A stretch of DNA of 60,733 nucleotides from Myxococcota bacterium (lineage in GTDB: Bacteria; Myxococcota_A; Polyangia; Polyangiales; JBCCZL01), in NCBI GenBank assembly GCA_039187775.1, contig JBCCZL010000002.1, positions 1-60,733 of the forward strand, in the 5' to 3' direction. Position 1 is the first letter of the stretch. The number at the start of each line of letters is the position of its first letter. Under the pieces are notes generated by a model. That model was given only the letters and a program-made list of their open reading frames with translations. It was not told the origin of the DNA and did no database searches. Position numbers and translations under genes: made by a program. Positions 46,283 through 56,163 of the stretch are shown here, piece after piece.

Positions 46283-47350
46283 TCATCGACTCGCCCGGCC
46301 GTCGAGGAACGCCCGGTAGAGTCCCCGGTCCCGTGTCGAGATCATCAGTACTCGGTCTCCCTCCGGACCGCCCACCGCACAGTTCGTCAGCGATCCACGA
46401 ACCCCGATCTCTCCAAGAAAATCTCCCGCCGAGGAACTGACCGCGACCCGCGAGCCGTCGCGAGCAAACACCCGACCCATCGCGTCGACCGCGATGCCGT
46501 CCGGTTCGCGAAGTGGCAGGAGACGCTCGTTTGGCGTGGGGCCGAGGTCCTCGCCGGTCCGCGGCAGGGCGTACACTCCAGCGCGGGATCGGTCGTCGTA
46601 GGACGAAGCCGCCACCAGAAGCGTCCCCTCACCCGGGGTGAGACCGACTCCATTCGGATTCGGGAGACCTCGGTGAACCTCCTCGATCGCAGTGCCGTTC
46701 CACCGATATACGCTCCCCAGAGACCCGCTCCCTCGGCAGCGCGGGGCCCCATCGCAGCGATTGCTGAAATAGACCACGCCATTCGAGGCGACGACCCAGT
46801 CGTTGCCCAAGCCAGGAAACGTGGCGTCGTCGAAAGCGATGAGAAGCTCTATGGTCTTGCCGCGCCACCGGACGAGCTCTCGAGCCTCGCCCCGCGCACG
46901 CAGGCAGTAGGTAAACCCGGCGCCGTCTTGGCCGCGGCAAGACGTGCCCACCTCGACGAGCGGAGCGAGGAGCGCCCTCTCCCCGACGCGCATCGAGGTC
47001 CCGTCCAGGGTCACGACAAAGCCCTCGGTCTCGTCCGCGGTCGCGGCAAACCAGAACGGCCGGTCAAGGCTCCCCGAAGCCTCGACCGTTTGCTCCGCAC
47101 GCTCCGGCACCGAGAAGTCGAACGGCTCAAAAGCGACAGTACGGTCCATCTCCGCATCGCCGGACGCTCGCGCATCCAGGACCACATCGCCAGCCGCGCC
47201 GTCACTCGGTGGCGCCGCGCTGTCGACGCCGGCGCCGATGCCAGTGCCAATACCGTCACCGCATCCCGCCGACACCGCCATCCAACCGGAAGACAGGATC
47301 GTCACCCAACACCCCGGTCGAGACGCCTGACCTCGGAGCCGGCGATTCAC
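46283..47350 (-). CDS. SMP-30/gluconolactonase-like lipoprotein
   Basis: Lipobox SAGC; GND, PNGVGLTP, PDGIAVDAMGRVF and TNCAVGG motifs; coupled to the upstream DUF1552 gene. Confidence 0.88.
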   Translation of the reverse strand: MNRRLRGQASRPGCWVTILSSGWMAVSAGCGDGIGTGIGAGVDSAAPPSDGAAGDVVLDARASGDAEMDRTVAFEPFDFSVPERAEQTVEASGSLDRPFWFAATADETEGFVVTLDGTSMRVGERALLAPLVEVGTSCRGQDGAGFTYCLRARGEARELVRWRGKTIELLIAFDDATFPGLGNDWVVASNGVVYFSNRCDGAPRCRGSGSLGSVYRWNGTAIEEVHRGLPNPNGVGLTPGEGTLLVAASSYDDRSRAGVYALPRTGEDLGPTPNERLLPLREPDGIAVDAMGRVFARDGSRVAVSSSAGDFLGEIGVRGSLTNCAVGGPEGDRVLMISTRDRGLYRAFLDGRASR

Positions 47351-48663
47351 TACCCGAGCTCCGCGAGCGGCCCCGGGCAGTCCTCCGGACGACCGAACAC
47401 ATCATGCTCGACCCCTAGGCCCTGACCCACCGCCAGCAGGACCTGATTGATCGTCTCCCGCTCGCTCCGATTTGCTTCGATGTAGCGCCCGGCCTGGAAG
47501 CCACCGCCCGGACGACCGATCGTCACGACGATCTGCCAGTCCCGTCCATCGTGGTGCTTGCCGCCACCGCTATTGATCCAGACGAACACCGTCTGGTCCG
47601 CGACGGTTCCGTCGCCCTCGGGGAAGCTCGCGAGCACGTTTCGGATGTGCATCAGCTCCGCTGCCTTGAAGCGGGCGATCTCGGTCACCGCCTCCGTGGC
47701 TCGCTCGCGGGTGTAGCCTTCGAGGTGCATTAGCGATTCGTGCGCGTCGCCGCCGTAACCGATCCCTCCCCATCCCGCGTTGTGCGCGTCGAGACCGTAG
47801 AGGCTCAGGTGGCCCACCGAGGTGAGACCGAGGCCGATCGCGTGGGCGAGAATCGAACCGTGCGCTCGAATCACGTCCGGCGCCAACCCACGGGCTTCGA
47901 GATCTCCTTGTGGAAGGGGCGGAATCGCGTTCCCTCCGAGGATCTCTTGCCGTCGACCGAGCTCTCGCTCGAGGCCTCGGAACGAGTCGAGAAGCTGATC
48001 GAACTTGCGCCGTTCAGGTGCGGCGAGTTCCGCTCGAGCGCGGTCCACATCCTCGATCGCCCCGTCGAGCAGCGATCGCTCTTCCGCGAGGCGCTGCTCC
48101 GCGCTCAAGTCATCGCGATCTCCACCAAATAGAACCTCGTATGCATCCAACGGCGACGCGATCGCAGGAAAAGGGCGGCGAGGGCCGTCGGCGCTCGTGC
48201 ACACGGGCGCTCGATCCCGTTTGTGGGTCACCCCGAGGGCGACCGAGGGGAACGGATCCTCGGCGTGGACCTCCCCGGCGACCCACCGATCGAACGACAC
48301 GCCCCCCGGGCCATTCGCGATCGGAGGCACCGCGCTCAGCGTCGCCCAACCGTTTCCGTGCAGCCCGCCGCCGCCCCGATTGTGAAGCCGACGCACGATG
48401 GTGACCTCCGACGCCACTGGCCCGAACGGCGAAAGACAAACCGGCAGATCCCAGTCATCCGGCGAGCGCACCGTTGTGTCGAGCGGCTCACCCCGTCGCT
48501 GCATCCCCTGGTGGCCCCAGCCGTTTCCATCCGTAAGCACCACCAGCCGTCGGCCCTTCGGTTCAGCCCCCTGCCCCTGCGCCTCGGAGATGAGTCGTCG
48601 GGTGGTTGCCGACAAAAGACCGAGGCCGGCCCCCGCGCCCACCAGGACCTCCCGTCGCCTCAT
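47350..48663 (-). CDS. DUF1552 family Tat protein, cassette 3
   Basis: MRRREVL Tat leader; GLHG, SFDRWVA, SLLD...ERRKFDQ, AHESLMH, EGDGTVADQT and KHHDG. Confidence 0.85.
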   Translation of the reverse strand: MRRREVLVGAGAGLGLLSATTRRLISEAQGQGAEPKGRRLVVLTDGNGWGHQGMQRRGEPLDTTVRSPDDWDLPVCLSPFGPVASEVTIVRRLHNRGGGGLHGNGWATLSAVPPIANGPGGVSFDRWVAGEVHAEDPFPSVALGVTHKRDRAPVCTSADGPRRPFPAIASPLDAYEVLFGGDRDDLSAEQRLAEERSLLDGAIEDVDRARAELAAPERRKFDQLLDSFRGLERELGRRQEILGGNAIPPLPQGDLEARGLAPDVIRAHGSILAHAIGLGLTSVGHLSLYGLDAHNAGWGGIGYGGDAHESLMHLEGYTRERATEAVTEIARFKAAELMHIRNVLASFPEGDGTVADQTVFVWINSGGGKHHDGRDWQIVVTIGRPGGGFQAGRYIEANRSERETINQVLLAVGQGLGVEHDVFGRPEDCPGPLAELG

Positions 48664-50363
48664 CGGTTCTCCTCTGCCCAAATGGGCGTTCGCAAGCGAG
48701 CCTCAGGCCCCAACAGCATTTGGCCGAAGAGGTCTAAGACGTTTCCCCCGGTCTCCTCGAAGCGCGCCTCGAGCCAGTCGAGGTAGCAGCGGTCGCTCTC
48801 CGCCCACGCCCGACCATGCACGTAGCGATACATCTGTTCGACGAAACAGCGGCGAACGTCCGACGAGTTTGCAAGGTGGGCCACGAGCTCCTGCGCGTCC
48901 GCCACCGAGCCGTCGGATGCCGCGGTGCCCACGATCTCGCCCGCGGTGTCGATAGGAAAGCCGTCCCACTCTCCTCGCGCCTCCCCCATCTCGCCGAATC
49001 CATCGAACGGAAAGCCGAGGGGATCGAGCTGACGATGGCAAGCCGCACAGCTCGGGTCGGACATATGCCGCGCTCGCACCTCTCGCGGCGAGAGGTTTGT
49101 CCGCTGCTCTCGCTCGAGCTCGGCCTCTAGGCCCGGAAGGTTCATGTCGACATCTTCTTCGGGGAGCACCACGTCCTGGCAGAAGAGTCGCTCGCGAATG
49201 AACTTGCCCCGGGCGGTGGCCCCATCGTGGGCGGCGAGCCAGCCGCCCCCCATCAAGATCCCGCGCCGGCCGTCGGTCGTCTCCCGCCGCGGTCGACCCT
49301 CCGCGTTCTCGTCACGAGGGTAGCCATAAAACTCGGCGAGGGTGTGGCTGTAGAAGGTGTAATCCGCGGTAAGCAAGGTCTCGAGGCGCGCGTCTTCCTC
49401 GTAGAGTACGGAGTGGATGAGCAGCATCGCCTCGTTTTCGAACCATCGAAGGACCCGCGGATCTCCTGGAGCAAGCTGGATTTCGTCGAGATCGAGCCAT
49501 TCGCGGAAGAAGCGTCCGAGGCCCCGCACGAGCGGACGAGGGGAGTCGCTCGAACCCTGCACCCAACGCTCACGGTCCGGAACTTCGGCGGCGAGGCGCA
49601 TCACCTGCTGAGACCGACCCGCTTCGTCGTGGAGAGCGCCTTCATCGGCCTTTGCTCGAAGCTCCGCATCGGGTGGCGCATCCAAGATCGTAAATGCGAT
49701 GAAGTCGGCGATTTCGTGGTCGCTCAGCGACAGGACTCCGGTCGCCTCGTCGAGGACCCCAAGCTCCGACCGAAACAACGCAGCGGGATGAAGAAGGAGG
49801 CGCCGAAGCGCGATGTGGGTCGCCCGTTGGTCTCCGAACGCGGTGCGGTCACGGGCGAAGCCGTCGTTCAAGACGGCCGACTCTTCGGCGGTCAGAGGTC
49901 GCCGGAGGATCGCCGAGCCGAAGCGACCGATCGCCGCGTCGCATCCTCCGTCGCAGAGCGCGAGGGGCTCCAACATCGCCCGGTCTCGTCGATTTAGCTC
50001 GGTCATGAGGAGCCGCGACGCGTTGAGCGTCGACGGATCGTTCGTAAATGGCTCTCCGGTCACCTGATAGCGCTCGAGCGCAGAAGGAAGCGACGCCAAC
50101 GTGTCTTCTCCGTCGAGTTCGTTCGCGAACGCAGATTGCCGAAGCGACGCGAGCTGGAGCGGCGTGAGCTGCCATAGTCGCTCCGGCGGCGGCCGGCAGG
50201 AGGCGTCTCCAGGGAGCGGGACGCCCGGCGGCCGGGGACGGCGGCTTTCCGCCAGCGGTGGACTCCCGTCGCTTGCCTCGACGCTGCCCTCGCATCCCCC
50301 GAGAGCCGCCAGCCCGACGCCCAACACCCACGCGGCCAGCCAGTGACTACGCCACCAGGGCAT
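48660..50363 (-). CDS. DUF1592/DUF1588-type haem c lipoprotein, cassette 3
   Basis: Lipobox LGGC; RRPLT, LFRSELG, ARGKFIRERLFC and CAACH...DPLGF. Confidence 0.88.
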   Translation of the reverse strand: MPWWRSHWLAAWVLGVGLAALGGCEGSVEASDGSPPLAESRRPRPPGVPLPGDASCRPPPERLWQLTPLQLASLRQSAFANELDGEDTLASLPSALERYQVTGEPFTNDPSTLNASRLLMTELNRRDRAMLEPLALCDGGCDAAIGRFGSAILRRPLTAEESAVLNDGFARDRTAFGDQRATHIALRRLLLHPAALFRSELGVLDEATGVLSLSDHEIADFIAFTILDAPPDAELRAKADEGALHDEAGRSQQVMRLAAEVPDRERWVQGSSDSPRPLVRGLGRFFREWLDLDEIQLAPGDPRVLRWFENEAMLLIHSVLYEEDARLETLLTADYTFYSHTLAEFYGYPRDENAEGRPRRETTDGRRGILMGGGWLAAHDGATARGKFIRERLFCQDVVLPEEDVDMNLPGLEAELEREQRTNLSPREVRARHMSDPSCAACHRQLDPLGFPFDGFGEMGEARGEWDGFPIDTAGEIVGTAASDGSVADAQELVAHLANSSDVRRCFVEQMYRYVHGRAWAESDRCYLDWLEARFEETGGNVLDLFGQMLLGPEARLRTPIWAEENR

Positions 50364-51696
50364 CGATCCGCCCCTCGAGCGCAAGGACCGAGTCGGGTTG
50401 GAAGTGCTCCACCATGACGCCCGCGCCGTGACACAACGTCGTCCATAGATCGGCAACTCTCCGATGCCCCGGCGACCCCTGGGGAGGGAAGCGTACGTAG
50501 CGGCCCCCCGGCCTTAGGAATCCTCCGCTCCCGCCAATCAACATCAAAGACCAGTGGTGATGTGGCCGGGAGTGGTGGTCGCGCCCGTTTTCGTTGTGCC
50601 AGACGACCAGCGTGTGATCGAGCATCGTTCCATCCCCCTGCGGAACTTCGGCAAGGCGATCGCACAGCCCGGCGATGAGGCCCGCATGATAGTTATGGAT
50701 GACCGCATCCCCGCCGTGAACCGGGTCGGAACCTCCATGACCGATTCCGTGCAGCCCCTTGGTGTAGCCGAGGCCTTCGTATAGATGATCGAACTTCCGC
50801 CCCGTGTTGATCGCGATCGTGGCCACCCGGGTCAGCCGACACGCCAGGGCCGCGCCGACCAGTTCGAACATCGACGCCTGACGCCCCTCGGAAAGGGAGA
50901 GGTTGTCTTCCAGCGCCGGCACGTCGCAGTTCGCCGCCGATGCGAGGGTTTCGCCGATGCGCTGATCGCGATGCTCGATGCCCTCGAGCACGTGAAGGTA
51001 CTGGTCCAGCTTGACGCGTTCCGTTCCGCCAAGCGCATTTCTCGTTCGACCGACGTCCTCGCGGAGGAAGTTCATGATGCTTCGATTGCGTTCGAACTCG
51101 ATGCGGCTCGCCTCGTCGGAAGGACCGAAGAGCATCCCGTAGACGTCCCGCGGATCGCAGCGAATCGTGTGGTAGCGACCACGGCCGGTCGCGCATACCG
51201 TTCGAGCGTAGCGCCCTTCGTTGCCCTGAGCGCCGACTGCCAAAAACGGAACCGGTGAGTCGCTCCCGATGTGGCGGCCGAGGAAATGATCGATGGTCTC
51301 TCCCCCGGGACCCGAGCCTGCATTGGGAAGGGCGCACATGCTCGGCGCGCCCTGATAGTGGCCTCCTCCCAGTCCGACCGACATGTCATCGAGGATGGTC
51401 AGGCGGTCCCGGTAGCGCTCCAGATTGGTCATGGTCGCCGCGAGACTCGTGAACGGGACATCGTGAAACGCCGCATTTCGTTGACCGCCGATCACGTCGC
51501 CCGCCCGTCCTCGCTCGTCTTCGAGCTCCGGCGGACGAATGCGGCTGAGAATTCCGTTCCCGGCGAGGACGAACACGACCTGCTTGATCGGAGCCGACTG
51601 CCCCTCGGCGTCGGAGACGAGGCTTCGAATCATGGGACTCAGAAGCGCCGCCCCCGCCCCGAGGCCGGCTCCCCATAGAAGTTCGCGTCGTCTCAT
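50347..51696 (-). CDS. DUF1552 family Tat protein, cassette 4
   Basis: MRRRELL Tat leader; TIDH, ERVKLDQYL, LHGIGH, GDGTMLDHT and DHHSRPHHHW. Confidence 0.87.
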   Translation of the reverse strand: MRRRELLWGAGLGAGAALLSPMIRSLVSDAEGQSAPIKQVVFVLAGNGILSRIRPPELEDERGRAGDVIGGQRNAAFHDVPFTSLAATMTNLERYRDRLTILDDMSVGLGGGHYQGAPSMCALPNAGSGPGGETIDHFLGRHIGSDSPVPFLAVGAQGNEGRYARTVCATGRGRYHTIRCDPRDVYGMLFGPSDEASRIEFERNRSIMNFLREDVGRTRNALGGTERVKLDQYLHVLEGIEHRDQRIGETLASAANCDVPALEDNLSLSEGRQASMFELVGAALACRLTRVATIAINTGRKFDHLYEGLGYTKGLHGIGHGGSDPVHGGDAVIHNYHAGLIAGLCDRLAEVPQGDGTMLDHTLVVWHNENGRDHHSRPHHHWSLMLIGGSGGFLRPGGRYVRFPPQGSPGHRRVADLWTTLCHGAGVMVEHFQPDSVLALEGRIDALVA

Positions 51697-53627
51697 TGTT
51701 CCGCCTCCATCGCAGCGTCCGCGGCAGGGTCTCGGGTCAGAAAAGAATCGCTCGCGGTGAGAGCCACGAGGAGCTCGACAAGGTCGCCGCCGCTGTCGAC
51801 ATACGCGCCGTCCATCGCACTGAGCGTGCACGCGTCCCCGTAGCGCTCGTTCCGCCCCATCCAGAACCGAAACGCATGCCGAACCATGCATTGACGAACT
51901 CGAGCGCTGCCCGCGAGCCGTTCCGATAGCTCTCCGGCTCCATCAAACGGCCCGTCCGCATCTCCGGACCCGAGGAGCGTTCCCGTTTCGTCCATCTCGC
52001 GAATCGCAATCGTCGATCGACTTGGGTCCTCGGCGTCCCGCATCCGAACCGGCTCGCCGAGCCGGTAACGACCGTAGTCGTCGTAGCCTTGAAGACCGAT
52101 GCCGATCCCATCGAGGAACTGGTGGCATCCGCTGCACTGCGCGTCTTCACTGTGCTGGGCGAGACGTTCGCGGAGCGTGGCTCCGTCTACGTCGGGAACC
52201 TGAGGAACCACGTCGAGCGGAATCGGCGGGAGGGCATTGCAAAGAAGGCGCTCGGTGATGAACTCACCTCGTCGAATCGGATCGGGATCGAAGTTATTCG
52301 AAAACGCCACGAGCCAGGCGGGATCCGTCAAAAGGCCGAACCGTGGCTCGACGCCCTCCCCCGACTGACCGAGGAGGAGGCCGTCAAGGAAGCCGCTTCT
52401 CCTGTCGACGAGCGTCTCGAGACGTCCGGTCAGTCGTTGTGACTGGCGGTTTCGAGCATTGACCCAATCTTTGTCGTACGGCTGAAGCCAAAGGTCGGGA
52501 AAGTCCTCCATGAGATCCTGAGCGGCTTTGTTGGTGGCCTGATCTCGAAAGGGAATCGCCGAGTACTGGAGCCACTGGCGAAGAAACCGTCCGACAGTGG
52601 TGGTTTCGCTCGGTGTCGCGAAGAGCTGACGAGTCGCCTCAGCCACGACCTCGGGGTTCATGAGGGATCCGTCTTCGTACGGCCCGTTCAGGGCGTTTCT
52701 CACGGACCCGTTGGTCAAGCTGTCTTGCGCGGTGAACCCCAGCGCCTGACGTCGCTCGAGAAGCGTCAGCGGGCGCCGGCCCGACGCGTCCGCGAGGCCC
52801 GCCGCTCCAAGCTCGCTTCGGAAGACGAATTCGGGCGTGAGCATCCGATGAACGAGCATCGCTCGGAGCGTTTCGACTTTTCCGAAGGTCGCAGCGAGCT
52901 CCATCGCACGGGCCACCGTACGATCCTGGTCCTCAGCGGTGGGCGACGGGTCCGCGAGACCGACCTTCGCAAGCTCCCGCCAATGCCCCGAGCGAAAGTA
53001 CTCGCGAAAGCAGTCCGCTGCCGTCGGGCTCTCGTCGCGAACACACTCGGGTACTGAGCGTTCGTCGTACTCGACGGCTTTCGCCCGCTCCGTCGCCACG
53101 AGTAACAGGGTGTCGTAGGTCGGCTCGTCCATGCCTCCGGTTGCCGCATAGTTCGTGAAGTAGCCTCGCCCCTGGCGAGATGTGAGAAGCCCATTGTCAA
53201 CGGCGAGCGAACTCAAACCGCGAAGCCGATGCCCGCTGAAGTAGCTCGTCCGGTATTGGTCGGACGTTAAGCGCCAGAGGCGAGGAGGTGTCGCCCCGTG
53301 GTCGGTTGCAGGATCGCACTGAAATAGCCGCGCATGGTCGAGGGTGTTGGGATCGGTGTCGTCTTCGAGTGCAGGGAGATCGGGAAATGGATCGGTCATG
53401 GGGCTCGACCCTGGGCCCCTCCCGTCCGGCCCTCCGGATGGGTCATCACCTGCTCCCTCGCCCACTGCCCCTTGGCACGCGGGGAGAGACCCGAAGATGC
53501 CGATGAGCAGTCCGATCGTGGCCGCTCGTGATTGACCAGGCGCTCGCCCCGCGCTCGAGCCGATCGCTCGCATTGACGCGGACTGGGGAACGGACGGACC
53601 GGCGGGACGGGTCGTGCGTCGAGCCAT
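51693..53627 (-). CDS. DUF1592/DUF1588-type haem c lipoprotein, cassette 4
   Basis: Lipobox LPAC; RLWRLT, FVFRSELG, DPIRRGEFITERLLC and TLRERLAQH...CSGCH; GGGAG RBS. Confidence 0.88.
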   Translation of the reverse strand: MARRTTRPAGPSVPQSASMRAIGSSAGRAPGQSRAATIGLLIGIFGSLPACQGAVGEGAGDDPSGGPDGRGPGSSPMTDPFPDLPALEDDTDPNTLDHARLFQCDPATDHGATPPRLWRLTSDQYRTSYFSGHRLRGLSSLAVDNGLLTSRQGRGYFTNYAATGGMDEPTYDTLLLVATERAKAVEYDERSVPECVRDESPTAADCFREYFRSGHWRELAKVGLADPSPTAEDQDRTVARAMELAATFGKVETLRAMLVHRMLTPEFVFRSELGAAGLADASGRRPLTLLERRQALGFTAQDSLTNGSVRNALNGPYEDGSLMNPEVVAEATRQLFATPSETTTVGRFLRQWLQYSAIPFRDQATNKAAQDLMEDFPDLWLQPYDKDWVNARNRQSQRLTGRLETLVDRRSGFLDGLLLGQSGEGVEPRFGLLTDPAWLVAFSNNFDPDPIRRGEFITERLLCNALPPIPLDVVPQVPDVDGATLRERLAQHSEDAQCSGCHQFLDGIGIGLQGYDDYGRYRLGEPVRMRDAEDPSRSTIAIREMDETGTLLGSGDADGPFDGAGELSERLAGSARVRQCMVRHAFRFWMGRNERYGDACTLSAMDGAYVDSGGDLVELLVALTASDSFLTRDPAADAAMEAEQ

Positions 53628-54146
53628 AGCATCTCCCTTCGTCGACCAACTACGAATGGCCTCGAAAGGGAGTGGCGCGCCCGAGCCAAACCGGGCGGAA
53701 GAACTTTGGGCCGTTTCTCGATATTCCCCAGGGGAGTCGCCTACGTCCGTGGCTAGCGGAAACCACCCTAACCCGCCTGGCGATCAACCTAGCGACGAGC
53801 CAAGCGATCTCGCCTTCGCGGTCAATTGGTCAAAGAGTGGAGTGTCTCGAACGCCCTCCTAGCCCGCATCGGTCACCAGAGGTGATGGATCGCGTTCGAA
53901 AGTGCTGGATTCCCGCGGACCTCGGACGGGAAGACGCCGCAGCGGTACTCGACGTACCGCGAGGACGGCTGGAGGGAGAAGGCCGGGGGAAGGCAGTGCT
54001 TTCGGGCGCGAGACACGCCGACTGGTGACCGATGCGGGCTTGGCGAGCGTGATCGCGCGGATGACGAGGAGTGTAGCGATCCTGACTCCTTGCCTTCGTG
54101 ATGAAGGCGAGTGGACGACGGGAGCCTTTCTCCGAACGCTAGAGGT

Positions 54147-54566
54147 GTGAGTCAAACGTACGAGTATCTCGTGGTCCTTGAGCCCGAGCTGGCCAGCGTA
54201 GCGTTCGTTGAGGCGCAGGAAATGAGCCGCTTGCGCCACCCGATGACCGGACGGGTGAGCGAGACGACGGTCACGAAGCGTCGGCCGAGCCCGTGTTTTA
54301 TCCGGATCGTCGCCGGCGCTCCTCGCCTCCGTTTGACCGATAGCCACTTCCACAACTTGGGGGCGATGAAATCACTCGTGGCCCGGATGGATACGCTGCG
54401 AGAGTTCGTCGGCGAGTCGTGGGCAGCGGTGCCGGTGGACGAACCGGAGACGTTTGTGAACGACGACGAGCACGTGAGCGAGTGGTATCGCCAAGCCGCG
54501 CCTTCGCCCGCCGCCGAGCTCTGGTACATGGAGTTTCACCGCGGCCCGCTCGAAGGGCCCGAGTAG
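54147..54566 (+). CDS. Hypothetical protein
   Basis: GTG start after AGAGG; protein-like composition; stop abuts the convergent VWA gene. Confidence 0.55.
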   Translation: MSQTYEYLVVLEPELASVAFVEAQEMSRLRHPMTGRVSETTVTKRRPSPCFIRIVAGAPRLRLTDSHFHNLGAMKSLVARMDTLREFVGESWAAVPVDEPETFVNDDEHVSEWYRQAAPSPAAELWYMEFHRGPLEGPE

Positions 54567-54570
54567 CCGC

Positions 54571-56163
54571 TCAGTTCATTCCGCGAGAAGTTCGCCGAGT
54601 CGATGGCGCGAGGGTCGTCCGGATCCAACGTTCAATCGAATAGACCTCGTCGCACCCAAGCTCTGAGAAGCCGTCCGGAGGCTCGGGCGCATCCGAATCG
54701 CTCGACATGTGGAGGATGGTGTCTTCCCGCATGTCCGATTCGAAGACCACTTCCGGCGGTGCCGGCCCCGGTCGAACGCCCAGGAAGCGTACGTTGCCCA
54801 ACTTCTTCGCCGCCGCCACCGCATCGCGACTGGGTTCGGCCTCGAATAGCCCGTCACTCACGATGACTACATCGGCTTGCCGCCACGCCCCGTCCTTGAG
54901 GCGCTCACACGCCCGTCGAATCGCTTCATGAATCACGGTGCCGCCGTGGAACGACATGGTGAGGAATCGAAGAAACGCCCTCGTCCCTGCTTCGCCAAAG
55001 CTCAGCTGATGTTCCACCAGATCGCCGGGACCGCTGAAGTTATAGACGTAACATGGCCGCTCCTCGAACGAACAACGCGCCATGGTCTGCAGCACAAACG
55101 CCTTGCCGAACGCTTCAGGGAACCCAAACATCGAACCCGAAGTATCGAGAACCACGATGACGGGTACCCGCTCCGCTCGAGGCGGTGCGAGTTTCTCACC
55201 GTCTTCAAAGCGCTGGGTCCGCCGAATCCGCTCGGACCAGACGCCCTTGGCGTGGTAGGCGAAGAGCGCGTTTTCGGTTCGCCGCGCATGCCACAGGAGT
55301 CGCAGGACCGGGTGGGTCAAAAGCGCGGCCTCGCTCGGAAGCATCCGCGCGACCTCATTGGATCGTTCCACGCCTCGCACCTCTGCCCCTTCCGGCCCTC
55401 GGATCCGAACCCGCTCCGTAAGGGTTCGCTCCACTTGGATGCCGACCCGTTCGGGAGCCTCGTCGTCCGCGCTGCCCTCCATTCCTCGCCCCAAGCTCAC
55501 GAGGATCGCCCGAACCTCCTCGAGCCTCGCGAGGATCGCCCGAAGCTCCAGCGCATCGTCCCGGGGCATCGCCTTGAGCCACCCGCGCCCGGTGCCCGGG
55601 GGAAGGCGGAGGAGCCGTTCAAGCGCATCCATCACCTCGCTGAGCTCACGGAGGAGGCTCGCGCGATCATCCAACTGCGTGGAGAGGCGCGCTTCAAACC
55701 CCTCGGCCGCAAGCTCGAGGGCCAGGCGCTCCGCGTCCGCCTCGCATCCCTCGTCAGCCACCGCTTCGACCTCGGCGAGAGTCGGCCGGTCCGGCGCGAT
55801 CGCTTGAAACCCGATGAGGGCCCGCTCGAAGAATCGCTCCGCGTGATCCATCTCGCGAAGCACGTACCCGACCACCTCGCTGGCGAGCTCCGGATCCCCG
55901 TCACAGATCGGACAGATGCCGCTCGCTTCGAGCGCTCGAAAGAATGCGCCCCGGAGCGGCTCGTGTGGCCACGAGAGCTCCTCGGCCGGCGGCATCCGGC
56001 CATGAAGAAGTTCGAGATGAATCGTCGCGACGGCCGGGCCTCGGGTGCGAAGTTCGCCATGCAGATTCACGATGGTCGGCTGGCGGAGCTCCTCCGGTAG
56101 CTCGGTGACAAAACGGTAGCTCACCTCAAGGTCGTCGGGCGGCTCCGACGGATCCACCGTCAT
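54571..56163 (-). CDS. ViaA-like VWA-domain protein
   Basis: EVARMLPSE, MIDAS DTSGSM, FHGGT and ADVVIVSDG motifs; coupled to the AAA gene. Confidence 0.9.
   Translation of the reverse strand: MTVDPSEPPDDLEVSYRFVTELPEELRQPTIVNLHGELRTRGPAVATIHLELLHGRMPPAEELSWPHEPLRGAFFRALEASGICPICDGDPELASEVVGYVLREMDHAERFFERALIGFQAIAPDRPTLAEVEAVADEGCEADAERLALELAAEGFEARLSTQLDDRASLLRELSEVMDALERLLRLPPGTGRGWLKAMPRDDALELRAILARLEEVRAILVSLGRGMEGSADDEAPERVGIQVERTLTERVRIRGPEGAEVRGVERSNEVARMLPSEAALLTHPVLRLLWHARRTENALFAYHAKGVWSERIRRTQRFEDGEKLAPPRAERVPVIVVLDTSGSMFGFPEAFGKAFVLQTMARCSFEERPCYVYNFSGPGDLVEHQLSFGEAGTRAFLRFLTMSFHGGTVIHEAIRRACERLKDGAWRQADVVIVSDGLFEAEPSRDAVAAAKKLGNVRFLGVRPGPAPPEVVFESDMREDTILHMSSDSDAPEPPDGFSELGCDEVYSIERWIRTTLAPSTRRTSRGMN

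Noticed and set aside
53672-54150. Two overlapping short plus-strand ORFs as a frameshifted gene
   Set aside because: No recognisable homology; cannot be supported without a search.
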